DNA of 64,000 nucleotides. Origin: Phaeosaccion multiseriatum. Taxonomy: Eukaryota; Protista; Ochrophyta, other classes. Made by a program: the position numbers and the translations under genes. Location of the stretch: positions 3,100,001 to 3,164,000 of the forward strand of contig OZ218953.1 of NCBI GenBank assembly GCA_965112735.1, written 5' to 3'. Position 1 is the first letter of the stretch, and each line of letters starts with the position of its first letter. A model generated the notes under the pieces. The model searched no databases and was not told where the DNA came from. It worked only from the letters and a program-made list of their open reading frames with translations. Below are positions 36,826 through 50,441 of the stretch, piece after piece.

Positions 36826-38356
36826 ATGGAGAACAACATCTTCACTCAGCCGCAGCGGCTAGACATCTACCCCCCCATGTGGGATGTGAAGATGGACGGC
36901 ACGTGGTGCGAGATGCTGTTCCAGACCAAGTGCCCCAACAGCACAACGCTGTTCCTCGGCCTATTCTTCACAGGTGAGGAGGATCATGATAGACCAGAGC
37001 CTGCCACTGCTGGCACTGCTGCCTGTGGCTCGGCCCCGATCGTATTCGTGCCCCAGATATTAGTCTTACTAACGCGAGCTGTCTTCCCTGTCTTTACCCC
37101 CCCCCCCCCTCCTCTCCTGTCCAGGTCGAGGTGCGGTGGTGTTGACCTTCTTCACTGCAATCCTCCTCCTGCTGTTTCGCCGCTTCGGGCCGCAGGAAGT
37201 GGACACGAGGAAGGAAGAACTACAGCAGCGCTGGGAAGAGCACTCAGATAGGTGGACCAGAACGTCCAAGAAGGGCGTCTTGGGCAGCATTGGCAAAACG
37301 GCCTTTTTGCTGCCTCCCCCGGAGGAGGGGGAGGAGGAAGTAGAAGGTATCCGGATGATCGAGCCGGTGGTGGGGGCGAGGTTTGGAATGGAGAAACGAA
37401 TGATGATAGAACCGAAAGGCAGAGACGATGCAGCAGAAGATGAGACGACCACCACGCCTCCCACGGGATCAGCAGCAGCAGATGGAGGCTATGTCCAGCA
37501 GAGGAGGGGCGGTGTAGCGAGAGAGACCCTGTATGTGAGTACCAGCACCGGCCCCACGAGGGTGACCATTGTTGGCGACCGAAGCTCCCCCGCTGTGCCC
37601 CTTGTGACCCTCCACGGCACGTTCCACAACCACCGAACCGCCTATGGCAGACTCACTCAGGTAAGTAAGCTTTTAGAGCTTTTTATAAAGCTTCGTGGCA
37701 GAGAGAGGGAAGAAGAAAGACAAGCAGGACAGTTCGTTGTAATTTCGAAGGGATAGGTAGGACAGCTCCTTCCACACCTCCCCAGCAGACGATTATTTCG
37801 AGGTATGCTTGGCCCCCTTGCCGACACCCACCAGTCCATGTCCTCCTCCTGCCCGCCCGCCCACCCCACCCCACCCCACCCCACCCCACCGCCACCCCAC
37901 TACTCACATTTGGGGTTACGTGCTTCCTGTTCTGTGGGTGTCGTGTCTATCTGTGTGTCTGTCTATCTGTCTGTCTGTGTCTGTCTGTGTCTGTCTGTGT
38001 CTGTCTGTGTCTGTCTGTGTCTGTCTGTGTCTGTCTGTGTCTGTCTGTGTCTGTCTGTCTGTCTGTCTGTCTGTTGCCTTCCTTCGCCCCTTCGCAACAG
38101 GTGCTGACCGACCCTGCCACGGGCCTGAGTGCGCATTGCATCTTCCACATTGACACCCCTGGGCATGAGGAAGACGCGACAGACATTGGCAGCAGGACTC
38201 TGTCGTTGGAGGGGCAGGCTGCCCAGTTGGAGGTGGTGCTGAGGGAGTTGGGCATTGGGCGCTTTGTTGGGGTGGGGGCGCAGGCCGGCGCCAACGTGTG
38301 GCTGCGGTACGCGTGCAATAGAGGCAACGACGCACGAGAGAAGCAAAGAAGTGGAG

Positions 38357-38393
<37 letters not shown>

Positions 38394-39096
38394 CGGAAAT
38401 AGTAGTGGTGGTAGTGGTAATAGTAGTAGCAGAGAAGAAAGCAGCAGCGGTCAGTCCAGCCTGGCCGGTCTCATTCTCCTCAACCCTTCCTGCGCCCCGC
38501 CTCGACGACGGGAGCACAACGTCTGGAAGTACTGGGCCGCCCGGCGCTGGCTTGGCAGCTGGGTAGGGGGAGTGGGAGGACAGGGTGACAATAACAGCCT
38601 GGAAACCATTGTCGCCTACACGTACCCCCTGGCAGCAAGGGCAGGAACAGGTCGCCACCTCAGCCCTGATGCCAAGTGCGCGAGGGCGTATAGGAGAGGC
38701 TTGTCGCATATGAAGGTGGTCAACTTGGTCAAGCTTTATGAGGCGTGGAGGGAGAGAGACGGGATCGGGGAGGAGCGGCTCAAGGGGCTCGCCAGGCTGC
38801 AGGCGCCGGTTACCATTCTTCAGCCAGAGGAGGAAGCAGATGGGGGTAGGGGTGCTGGCATGATGTCGGCTTGCTTTGCAGGCCTGATGGACTTGGACGA
38901 GGAGTGGCAAGCGACGACGGTCTATGAGAAGCTCCTCGGGGCGCACGTGAAGGTCAGCTGGAAGGAGGTGGGCGGCGGGGCTGAGGGGGGTGTAGCAGCA
39001 GGGGTAGAGCCAGGGGTGGCGAGGGGGCTGCTGACAGAGACCGTCCCGGTAGGTGTTGCGGCCCAGGTAAAGGCCTTCTTATCGGGGGTGGTGTGA
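36826..39096 (+). CDS. NDRG/Ndr-family alpha/beta-hydrolase-fold protein with an N-terminal transmembrane segment, 3 exons
   Basis: Exons 36826-36973, 37125-37660 and 38101-39096. Motifs LVTLHGTFHNH, CIFHIDTPGHEEDA, FVGVGAQAGANVWLRYA and LAGLILLNP match NDRG motifs. Confidence 0.8.
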
Positions 39097-39974
39097 TACC
39101 CAAGTCCATCAATCAATGGTGATGCGATAACAAGCAATCAATGTGGTTTGGCTTTTTCTTCAAGGCAATGACTCCTCTTGAGGAATTTTGAAAGACCCCA
39201 AGTACTGTACAATTATCGTTGGAAGCAAGTCTGTTCCGCGGTCAGAGCACGGCAACCCATTACTTATTACTTATTGAGCCTTCGCAAAGGAGAAAGAAGG
39301 GTGCGTGCCATGTGTCTACATCGTGCTGTGCGTTGAATGCGACACGACATACGTCGTTGGCCTATCGTTGGCCTGTTGTTGGGCTGTGCACTTGCTGATA
39401 AGGCCAGCAGTGCTCGTTCAGCTGCTCGGGAGTCGCTCAGTCCTCTTCTTAGGAAGTCGACATCGACTTTCGCATCGACCTTCGACCCTTTCCCTCCCTC
39501 GGTGGACGTGCTCGTGGGGTGGAGTGGTTGTGAATGCTCGCCACTGTTGCACCACTGCTGCAGGCCCGGCCGGGGGGGGGGGGCGGCGCAGTCATGTCCT
39601 GCAGAGGGAAGAGGCGTAGCCGTGCTGCCCTGATCTTTCCACTTCCCTCTCATCCTTTGCCACCGCGCTCCGCCTCTCTCTTTTCTATTGGTGCCCCCTC
39701 GGTCGCGTTCTCTCAAACCCACGCACGCACCCACGCCAAGGAGGGTATACAGCACCGGAGGGAGCGCAGCAGCAGCAGACGGAGCGGCGACACAGCGCAA
39801 AGCGGCGGCACAGGGTCGGGTCGGGGCCGTCCTTCGCAGGCGCCATTCTGCGCTATTTATTCCCTCTCGCGCTCCGTACGAGGAAGGGACACGAAAAGAC
39901 GATAAGGAAGGCCACAGAAAGGGCCCTACCCCTCACTCCCTTCGCTGGAGATATAGCTGTTGGTTGTACTGCCT

Positions 39975-41525
39975 CTACAGCCTGCACTTGGTCACTCGCT
40001 GCACCACCTGAGATGGGGATACAACAACAACAGCACGAAGCACAACACACAACACACAAGCACAGTTCATTCCGAATCAACGAAAGAAGGCACGCATACG
40101 CACGCACACGCACACGCACACGCACACGCACACGCCTAGACACACTGACAAGCACGCACCTCCTTCCACCTCGGCCCTACGGTGGGGCTGAGCAAGATGG
40201 CCTCAAGACCCAGCACATCTCCGTCCCCGCTGTGTGCCCCCGCCATCTGCTGTCCGCCATGCAAGTGGCTGTACAGCAGGCCCAGACTGAACTTGGGGGG
40301 CATTGGGGGTAAGAATTGGGGGTCCAAAGGGTCCTGGGGAGGTTGTCGGGGGTTGGCCCATAGAGACGCGTCCTTCAGCACTGCGTTTCGTTGCCATCAG
40401 TTGCCATATCGTAGATTTTTTTTTTTTTTTTTTTTTGCATCAGTTGCCAGTGGTTTAGCAGGGGGGACGGGGGGCAAAAGGAGGGAAGGGGGAAGGGGAG
40501 GGGAGAGGAGGGGAGGGGAGGTGGGTTGCTAGAGTTGCACAGGCAGTTAGTTGGATGGGGAAGTCACAAGGATCGAAGGGACAGGACAATGAGGAAAAGC
40601 CCTACTGAGCCTGTGCATCAGTCGGCCTTTCGTCATCAGTCAGTCAGTCAGGCAGTCTCCCTCCCTCCCTCCCCCCCTCCCTCCCTCCCTCCCTCCCTCC
40701 CTCCCTCCCTCCCTCCCTCCCTGATGCTTGGCTGTGCCGGATCACCCACACGCACCTTGTAGCGTATCCACCCACCCAAGCACACCTGCCTGCCCCAAAA
40801 TCAGCCTCCCCTGCCCCATCCCCCGCCCCGAAGCGGCAGAGGAGTCAACAACAGCAGATGTGGTGGTGGTGGTGCTTGTCGACGCCTGCTTCGTCTGTGC
40901 TGAGGTGGTGGTGGAAGGTGACGACAAAGAGGAGCCGGTGCTGGAGGTGGACAAGACTGCGGTGCCTTGGGCTGGGGTAGAGGCAGAGGCGGAGACAGAG
41001 ACGGAGGAGGAGGAGGAGGAGGAGGAGGAGGAGGAGGAGGAGGAGGAGGAGGAGGAGGAGGAGGGGCAACCAAGTCGGTCTAGCTCCGCCAGCAGAAAGC
41101 CCTGGTCGAAGCGGGCGTTGTGCGCGATCATGACCTTGCCCGTGTCTGCTGCGCTGGAGGAGGAGTCAGTCACGTGTAGCTGAGAGAAGAGGGAGAGGGG
41201 GGAGGGAGGGAGGGAGGGAGGGAGGGAGGGAGGGACGGAGGGAGGGGGGTAGGGTGGGAGTGAAGAAAAAAAGAGCACGGGGTATGAGCACGAGAAGCGA
41301 GAGACAGTGAGACAGTGAGACAGGAGGGTGCAGACGAGGAGGGATACTCCTTGAGCGCCGTAGGAGATGACAAATAATGAAAGAAAGGCGGTGAGGAAAC
41401 CCTTGCTGACTCCCTCACCTGCTGCAGCCACTCCTTGAAGTGTACCCACACCTCGGCAAAGGGCCTCGCGTTTTGATCGGCAAGTACCTGGGCAGTGATG
41501 CCTGTCGTCGCATCGTGTGTGTGTA

Positions 41526-41615
<90 letters not shown>

Positions 41616-42841
41616 CGTGCCCGTCAACAAGAGAAAAATCAATGAGGCCTGAGCATCACGCGACCACTTACCCAACCCATCCACCGCGGCACTCGCTCAC
41701 TCACTCACTCACTCACTCACTCACACAGACACACACACTTACTCACTTACTCACTTACTCGCTCACTCACTTACTCTCACACACACACTCACTCACACAA
41801 TCACTCCCTCCCTCCCTCCCTTCCTCCCTAACTCACTCACTCCTCCGTCCGACGCCCCTCAAACGCCCCTCCAACACCCGTATACCCAACACGCGTACCT
41901 GTGATGCTGCTGGCTTGCCACGGGATGTCCCTTTGTGGGTCCACGTACATGACAAAGGAGTGCTCCTTCTTCGCTGACCCCAGCACCTTGGGATGGAAGT
42001 GGACGGACAGGGGATGGCAGAGGATGGGCAGGGCAGGAAGGAAGGCGGTGAGGGAAGGGGTGACCAGGTCTACAGGGGACAAAAAGGAGCGCATTTGAAG
42101 CGCCACTCACTGCCAACAACCAGACGAAACTAAACTAGCGACCAGGTCACGCCAGGCCAGGCTAGGCAACCTCTCCTCCTCCTCCTCCTCCTCCTCCTCC
42201 TCCTCCTCCTCCTCCTCCTCCTCTCCTCCTCCTCCTCTCCTCCTCCTCCTCCTCCTCCTCCTCCTCCTCCTCCTCCTCCTCCTTCTTCTTCTTCTTCTTC
42301 TTCTTCTTCTTCTTGTTCTTCTTGTTCCTGTCGCTGACCTTGCCGGCAATCTGTGTCACCCTATGCGTGGTGCTGTCCAGGCCTGTCGTCTCAAGATCGA
42401 ACAGGACGTGTAACCCGTCTGGACACACAGGCGTTACACAGGCGTTACACAGGCGTTGTATTGAATTGAATTGAATTGGCAGGGAAGGCAGCAAGAAGGG
42501 AGGAGGAGGATCGCGACAAGAGAGTATCCATGCCAAAGGTGGGTGTGAATCAGGGTGGGATAAGCAGCAGCGGCGGCAGAGGGACAGACAGTCTAGCCCG
42601 CACACACACACATACACACACACACAACCACGGCCCCACCTCCCCCCCCCCCCCCCCACAGACACACACACATCATGCACACACACATACACAACCACCC
42701 ACCCACACCCACACCCACAACTACACAAACACAAACACGAACACAAAAGCATATGCGCTCGCACCTGCGAAATCGCCTGCGCTCAGTGTGTCAAACGAGG
42801 CCCTAGTGGGAGCCTTCACCCTCGCCCCGCTGCTACTGCCG

Positions 42842-42878
<37 letters not shown>

Positions 42879-43858
42879 GCTGCCTCTTCTGCTTGAGGAG
42901 TAGCGCCTCCTTAGCGCGCTCTTCCCTTTGTTGCACCTCACGGGCGGCAAGGGCATCGTGATGACTCAAGCCCTGGAGGGAAGACAAGAGAGGTGTGTGT
43001 ATATGTGGTGTTGAGGGAGGGTGAGAGGGGAGAGGAGGGGGGGGGGGAAACAAGGCCAGTGAGGTACAATATGTGGGTGGCGAGAGGGGGGTTAGAGGGG
43101 GGGGAGGGGGGTAATGGCAGGCAGTAGGACGGGTTGTATGGAGTGTAGGGTGACGGGAGAGAGGGACCGAAAGAGAAGGAGACACAGATACACACACACA
43201 CACACACAAAGAAGCCCATCCTCACGTGCGCCAAGACTCAAAAGCCTCTTTCTCCCTCTTCCCTCCCTACCTCCCTACCTCCCTACCTCCTCCTCCCCCC
43301 CACCCCCCCTCTCCCCACCTACCTTGAGCACAGACACATCTCTACCGAAGGTCCTCATCATCATGAGGAGGGATTCCTCGTGGCCGCTACTGAGCTTCCC
43401 CTCACTCACGCGCTCTGCCACTGTGCGTGCGTGCGCGTGGGCTTTCTCCATGAGAAGGCCTGGCGGGCGGAGCATTGGATGGGACGGCAGTGAGTGAGTG
43501 GATGGAAGGAGGAGTGCAGCAGTGGGGCAATCAAAGGGAAGAGACAACAAAGAATCATCACAAAACACCCCTTGCCGCTTCTCCTCACCTCCCCTGCCCT
43601 CCCCTCCCCTTCTCCTTCCCTCCCCCTCTTCGTGCATCAGAGCAGGCAAGCGCGTTGAGCCGCGTCGTCCTACTTATCCCCCCTCCCACCACCCGATCCC
43701 CTCTGTGCAATGACTGACCCCCCCCCCCCCCCCTCCCCCCCGGTCTCACCGTCTGCCCGAAAGTCCGCCACCCGCAGCGTCTTGCCCAGGAGGAACCCTT
43801 TTTGCCGTACCCCGAGAAGGTCTCCCGGCCCTCGCAGTTGCAGGTCCTGGTCAGGGCA

Positions 43859-43908
<50 letters not shown>

Positions 43909-43920
43909 GAGAGAGACACA

Positions 43921-43976
<56 letters not shown>

Positions 43977-43989
43977 CAGAGAGAGAGAA

Positions 43990-44036
<47 letters not shown>

Positions 44037-46407
44037 AAGAGAGAGAGAGGAGGGGAGGTCAGAGAGAGAAGAGAGAGAAAGAGAAGCGAGAGACACAAGA
44101 GAGATCAGAGAGCAATGAAGACAAGAGAGGGGCGAGGGCAAAACAGGGCAAGGCAGGGCAAGACAGATAGAGAGAGAGATAAGGACATGCCGTCTTGCAT
44201 CTTCCTTCCCTCCTTCCATCCTACCTTCTCGGCGATGTGAAATCCGTCTGTGCTGCTCTTGAGCACCTCGAGTCGCTGCTTACCCACTGCGCCGATGTCC
44301 GGGTCGTGCAGCAGGAGACAGTGACATCGACCCAGGAGCTGCTCTTCTGCACGTGGGAGGGGGAGAGAGGGGAGAAGAGGGAGAAGGATGTGGGGGGAGA
44401 TGGGGGGAGAGGGAGAGGGAGAGGGAGAGGGAGAGGGAGAGGGAGAGGGGGGCAGAGGAGAGGATAGAGAGACGAGAGAGCATGGGAAGAGGAGAGGATA
44501 GAGAGACGAGAGAGCATGGGAAGAGGGCGGAGAGCACAGCTCGAGGGTTGAGGAGAAGCAAAAGTTCCAAGAGGTGTTGCGCGGTGCCATTCAGAGGAAA
44601 TGTGGTGTGTGTTTGTGTCCGCGCACGCACGCACGCACGCCCTCACTCACTCACTCACTCCCCCACTCACCCTCGCTGCTGCTCCCCTCGCCTGAGGATG
44701 TGGAGGTGCCACCTGCTCTGCCCACCCTTCCTCTGATCTGATGCAGCTGCGCCAGACCGAACTGCTCTGCGTTCTCAACGATGCAGATGGTGGCGTTGTG
44801 GACATCGACGCCCACCTCGATGATAGAAGTTGCCACCAGCTGGGAGGGAGGGAGGGAGGGAGGGGAGGAAGCAAGGGGGGGGGGATAGCAGACGCACCAA
44901 CACCAACGAAGGGAAATTGTCAAATGGGAGTGGGGGGGGGGTAGACGGTACAGGAGGACACGCACAAGCACACGCAAACGTACGCCAACAAGGGGGACGG
45001 CGCATTGATGGAGCGAAAGAGGGTGTAGGGAGGGACGGGGTTTGAAACAAGAGGAAACACCACAAGCCACACACACACACACCCACACACACACACACAC
45101 CCACACACCCACACACCCATACACACAGCTACACATAAATGCCCACCCAGTTCCACACACAGCTCCACCACTCAGCCCCGCTCACGCTCACCACTCGCAT
45201 GTTTCCCTCCCCTCCCCTGCTGAAGGCCTCGAGCGTGTCTGCCTTCTCCTGGGGCTTCATCCGTCCGTGCAGCAGGCCCACCTCATGCCTGCCCAGTGCC
45301 TCAGACACGTGACTGAAGCGCTCCTTCACACTACCTACATCCTCCCGAGACGAGCTGCAAGGCGGGGGGGCAATCAACAGGCAATGTGCAATGGGGGATG
45401 GCAGTCAATGGGCAATGGGCAATGGGGGATGGCAATCAACGACAGGCAACGGGCAATGGGCAGTGGGGGATGGCACTCAACGGGCAAGGGGCAAGGGGAA
45501 AGAAGGGGCAATGAAGGCTGAAGCTCTTTTCCCCACCAACCCACCAACCCACCTGGCCTCCACGAAGGGAAGTACCCAGAACACCTTCACGTCCATACGG
45601 GGCTCGTGCTGGGGGGGGGGAGGAGGACAGACGAGGGGCAACAGTTGGTGATACAACAGCGAAGAGAGAGAAGTGAGGCAACAAGAGGTGAGGCCAAGGA
45701 GAGGAGCGAAGGAAACATTCGTTTGTTGTGCGTAGCTGGTGCCGAAAGCCGAAAGAGTCGGTCGGTGTCTGTCCCTCAGCGCGTTGCAGGCCAGTTCAGG
45801 CCATGTCAAGTCCCCCTTCCTGCACAACTTGTTAGGGGAAGGAGCGACTTCACGCGACGAGCGCGACTCACGCACGCACGCACGCACCCCCGCCCTCACT
45901 CACATCGAGTTGTCGCTTAATCCTCGCCACGACTTGATCGATCATACCCGTGTCCACAACGGTGGTGAGCACCTGCCTGCCCCCCTTGGGTTTGTGCATG
46001 AGGCGCGTCACATCCATGTCACCGAACATGGCGAGGGACAGAGAGCGCGGGATTGGTGTGGCTGACATGTACAGGCTGGGTGGGTGGGTGGGTGGGTGGG
46101 CGTGGAGTGGGAGGGGAGGGGAGGGGAGGGGAGGGGAGGGGAGGGGAGGGGAGGGGAGGAGAGGGGAGGGGAGGGGGGAGAGGGAGGGCTTGAGGCGGGG
46201 CCTGTCAGAATGGAACGGCAAAGCTCAAGTTCAAGCTCAAGTTCAAGTTCGGGCAGAGGGAGGGAGGCATATTTGAAACACGCCGAAGGACGCATAAACC
46301 CAAGGACATTTTCGTACTGAATAAATGCTCGACAGCACACAACGCACTCACGCAACACACGCACACGCACACACGCACGCACGCACTCTCTCTCTCTCAC
46401 ACACACA

Positions 46408-46442
<35 letters not shown>

Positions 46443-46942
46443 ACATACACACGCACGCACGCACTGACCTATGCGCCTCTTTCGCCAGGGCTGCTCGCTG
46501 CTCCACCCCGAATCGCTGCTCCTCGTCCACGACCACGAAGCCTAAGTCAGCAAACTGTACGGCGTCTCCAAGTAGGGCGTGAGTGCCCACCGCTATGTCA
46601 ATGCGCCCCTCCCTGAGGCCCGACAAGATGGCCTCACGAGCCTTCCCCTTGACGGCTGAGGACAGGAAGCCCACTCGCACTTCCTTCGTCTGTGGCGTGT
46701 GAGGTGTGTGATGTGTGATGTGTGGAAGGTGGACGAAGGAAGTGTGGCGTGTGAGGTGTGTGATGTATGATGTGTGGGGGGTGGTGTGTGAGGAAAGTTG
46801 AGCACGGAAAGAGCTCACAGATAGGGCAGGGGGAGGAGGAGGAGGAGGAGGAGGGTGCCTGCACCCACCCACGCCCACACACACACAAACCCACACCCAC
46901 ACCCACACCCACACCCACATCCAAAACCCGGCCAAACACACA

Positions 46943-47005
<63 letters not shown>

Positions 47006-47790
47006 CCGCCCAAGCAAACAACCACACACACATTACAGCACAGCCCACACACCTCTGGGTGTTGCTCCTTCATCCTCCTCACAGCCGCGCACACATTCTT
47101 GTAGTGCTGCTGTGCGAGCACCTCTGTGGGGGCCAGCAATGCCGTCTGCGCACCCGCCTCGACTGCGGTGAGCATTGCCAGCAGAGCTACCACCGTCTTG
47201 CCAGTGCCTACATCTCCCTGGAGTAGTCTGATAAGAGGAGGGGGAGGAGGGGCGGGGCGGGGGAGGGGGGGAGGGTGTTTGTGTGTGAGTGTCGGTCGCT
47301 GAGGCGCAGAGGAAGGAGGAGGGGCAGACGTAGGGTAGGCCCTGCCGTGTCAGAGAAGGATGAAAGTTAGTTACGTGTTCATCATCCTCCTCCCTACACT
47401 GACTCACTCACTGGCTCACAGACAGACAGACAGACTGACTGACTGACTGGGTGACTGACTGACTGAGTGAGTGAGTGACTGACTGACCTGTTCATCCTCC
47501 TCCCTACACTGACTCACTCACTGGCTCACAGACAGACAGATAGACTGACTGGGTGACTGACTGACAGACTGACTGGGTGACTGACTGACTGACTGACTGA
47601 CTGAGTGAGTGAGTGACTGACTGACCTGTTCATTCTCCTCCCTCCTGCCCTTGTCAAGTCTCCAATGACATCCTGCACCGCCTCCTCCTGGCCCGCCGTG
47701 AGGGAGAAGGGAAGCGTCGCTCTGTATAAGGCAATCGATACCACCACCGATCGCACACGGGGAGGAGGGGGGGGGGGACAGAGACAGCAA

Positions 47791-47843
<53 letters not shown>

Positions 47844-50401
47844 GAAGCTGACGTTTTGAGAGAAGAATGAACAGCACCGAAGGGAGGGAGGCGCCTAGCC
47901 ATCGAAGTGCACAAGGTATGCGAAAGGTAGTACAAAGACAATAATAAAAAATAAAGACAGATCCACTTAGCGTGAGGGTTAGGGATAGGGTTAAATCCGT
48001 TCGGAGATTAGATGAAATAACATGCTTCATGATTCCATTACCTGCACGCACTGGCAAGGGTACCATCGCCCACCAGAGCTGCGCAGGCGGAGTCGCTACT
48101 CTGGCGTCGGAAGGCCATGGCAAGCTGTCCAGAGAAGAGCTCGTCGTAGGCCAGGCGCTGCCTCGCTGCTCGCAAGGGGGCAAAGGGGGGATGGTAGTGA
48201 ATGGGGAGGGAGGGAGGGAGGGAGGGAGGGAGGGAGAGAGAGAGGGAGGGAGGGAGGGAGGGAGGGAGGGAGGGAGGGAGGGAGGGAGGGAGGGAGGGAG
48301 GGAGGGAGGAAGGGAGGAAGGAGAGCGAGAGGGAGGTCAGAGGTCGACCGTGTAGATGGAGAGACAGAGAGATACCACGAGCTCAATTCATCGAAAAAGC
48401 ACGCACCCACGCGGAGGCACACACACGCAGGCACACACACATACACACACACACGCGCGCGCCCACACACACACTAAGCGAGGCGTTCGTACCTCGTCCC
48501 TGAGGGCCCAAGTCCTCCTCCGTTTCGGGGTGGTGCACCTGTTGGTTGTTCATTGTTTGCAGTGGATGGAGACAAAATTGAGCCTTACGTAGGGTATATA
48601 CCATGGCTACCTCTCCTTTCCTGTCCTCTCTCCCCTTCTCCCCCTGGGCAACGAAAAGGGGCGGATCAGACACACGCACACACACACACACACACACACA
48701 CGACACACACACTTACTGTATACACTCACACACACACACACGCACCAGCCACAGAGCCTTGACGAAGCCGGGCCAGTCCATGGCCTCCCTTGTCTGCAGA
48801 GGCAGCCAGTCACGACAGATCTCCTCCTTGCCCAGAGACTCCCGCAGCGCGGCGTCGATGTAGTCGCGCAGCTTCTTCGTAGTGAGGCCTTTCGTCAGCC
48901 TGAGAGAACGGGAGAGGGGAAGCGGATGGGAGGAACAGACGGGAGAGAGAGGGAGAGAGAAAGAAATAAAAGAAGAGAGGGGAAGGAAGGGAGGACGGGA
49001 GAGAGGGGGAGGGAGGCAAGTGGCATGAGGGGAGAGAGGGATGGAAAAACCGGAGGGGGGGGGGGGGAGAGCGCCTGCTGGCCTGGCCCTTTCTGTTTGT
49101 ATTTCCTCCCCCTCCCCTCCCCTCCCGCCCTCACCCGTAATGCGGCTCCACTCCCAGCACTTGGTCCATCTCCTCAATGGGCTTGACAATGTCGGGCTGC
49201 ATCTGCAGGGTGTTTTGGTACGTCTTGAGGGTGCCGCTGATGACCCGCACCTCGCCTTTCTGCATGAGCTCCTTGATGGGCACCCACGTGTACCAGTTCT
49301 TCACAAAGAACACCAGATTGATGGGTGTGCCTGCTTTCAGGTGTGTCATGTGTCAGGTGTAGGGTGTGAGGTGTGAGATGTGAGGTGTGAGGTGTGAGGT
49401 GTGAGGTATTAGAGGGGAGACAGGAGTTTAGAAGTGGCAGTGAAGGAAGGAAGGGGAGGAGGAGGGAGGGGAAAGAAAGCTTCTTCTCTCAAGATCCAGC
49501 CCAAGGCTGCTTTGTTTTACATTGCTGTATTGTTCTATCTATCCATGAACTCTGCTTCAGCTGTCCCTCTCTCCTTCTTGTGTTCACCTTGCTCGTCATA
49601 GCAGTGCACGGTCTTGGGAAGAGAGGGTTTAGGGGGCTCAGAGATGCTCCGCACCTGCACAGACAGACAGCGGTTGGACAAGGATGAAGCATGTTGGTTG
49701 GTAGGGGGGTTGGATGTACAAAGGGAGGGACAGGAGAAAGAGAAAATGGAGAGCAGTGTGAGGCTGAGCAGCTGTGGAGAGCTTCGCTGAGGAGCAAGAG
49801 AGGCAACTTTGTCGCCTTATGGCAGGGGCAGGGGCCACATGCCACCCAATCGCCTTTCCTGGGAGGATTCCTTCCCCAGCCCCCAAACAGCAAAATTTCA
49901 CGCCCCTAATTCCCGTAACTCCCTGTGTCTGTCAGCCTGTCTGTCTCTCGCTCCCCCCCTCCCCCCCCCCTCCACGCTCGTTTCTCGCTCACCGTGACAA
50001 CTGCGGTGACAACCGATCCATCCTCTGCCTCCGTCAAATTCGAGACGACACTGCCACAGATGGAGAGGGTGGTGGGAAGAAACCATTGGGAGATGCACAG
50101 CAGCAAGGTCAGTCGGGAATGAAGTCGTTGATATGCAAACCGTGTCCACTCCTCTTGGAAATGCTTCAGTCACGTGAGCAAGTTATGTGACCCAATGATG
50201 ACAAAAGAGGGGGCGATATTTGCTCACCTTCGATCCACGATCCCTGTGGGCAGGTGAAGGAGAAGGTCGAGCACAGAGGTGATGCCCAGTTTGGACAGGA
50301 GCTCTGCACTCTTGGGCCCCACGCCGCGCAGGACCGTGCACGGAGAGCACAGAGTGCTGCACACCGCCACGAGATTGTCTGGCGTCGCCCCTGCCCCGCT
50401 G

Positions 50402-50441
<40 letters not shown>

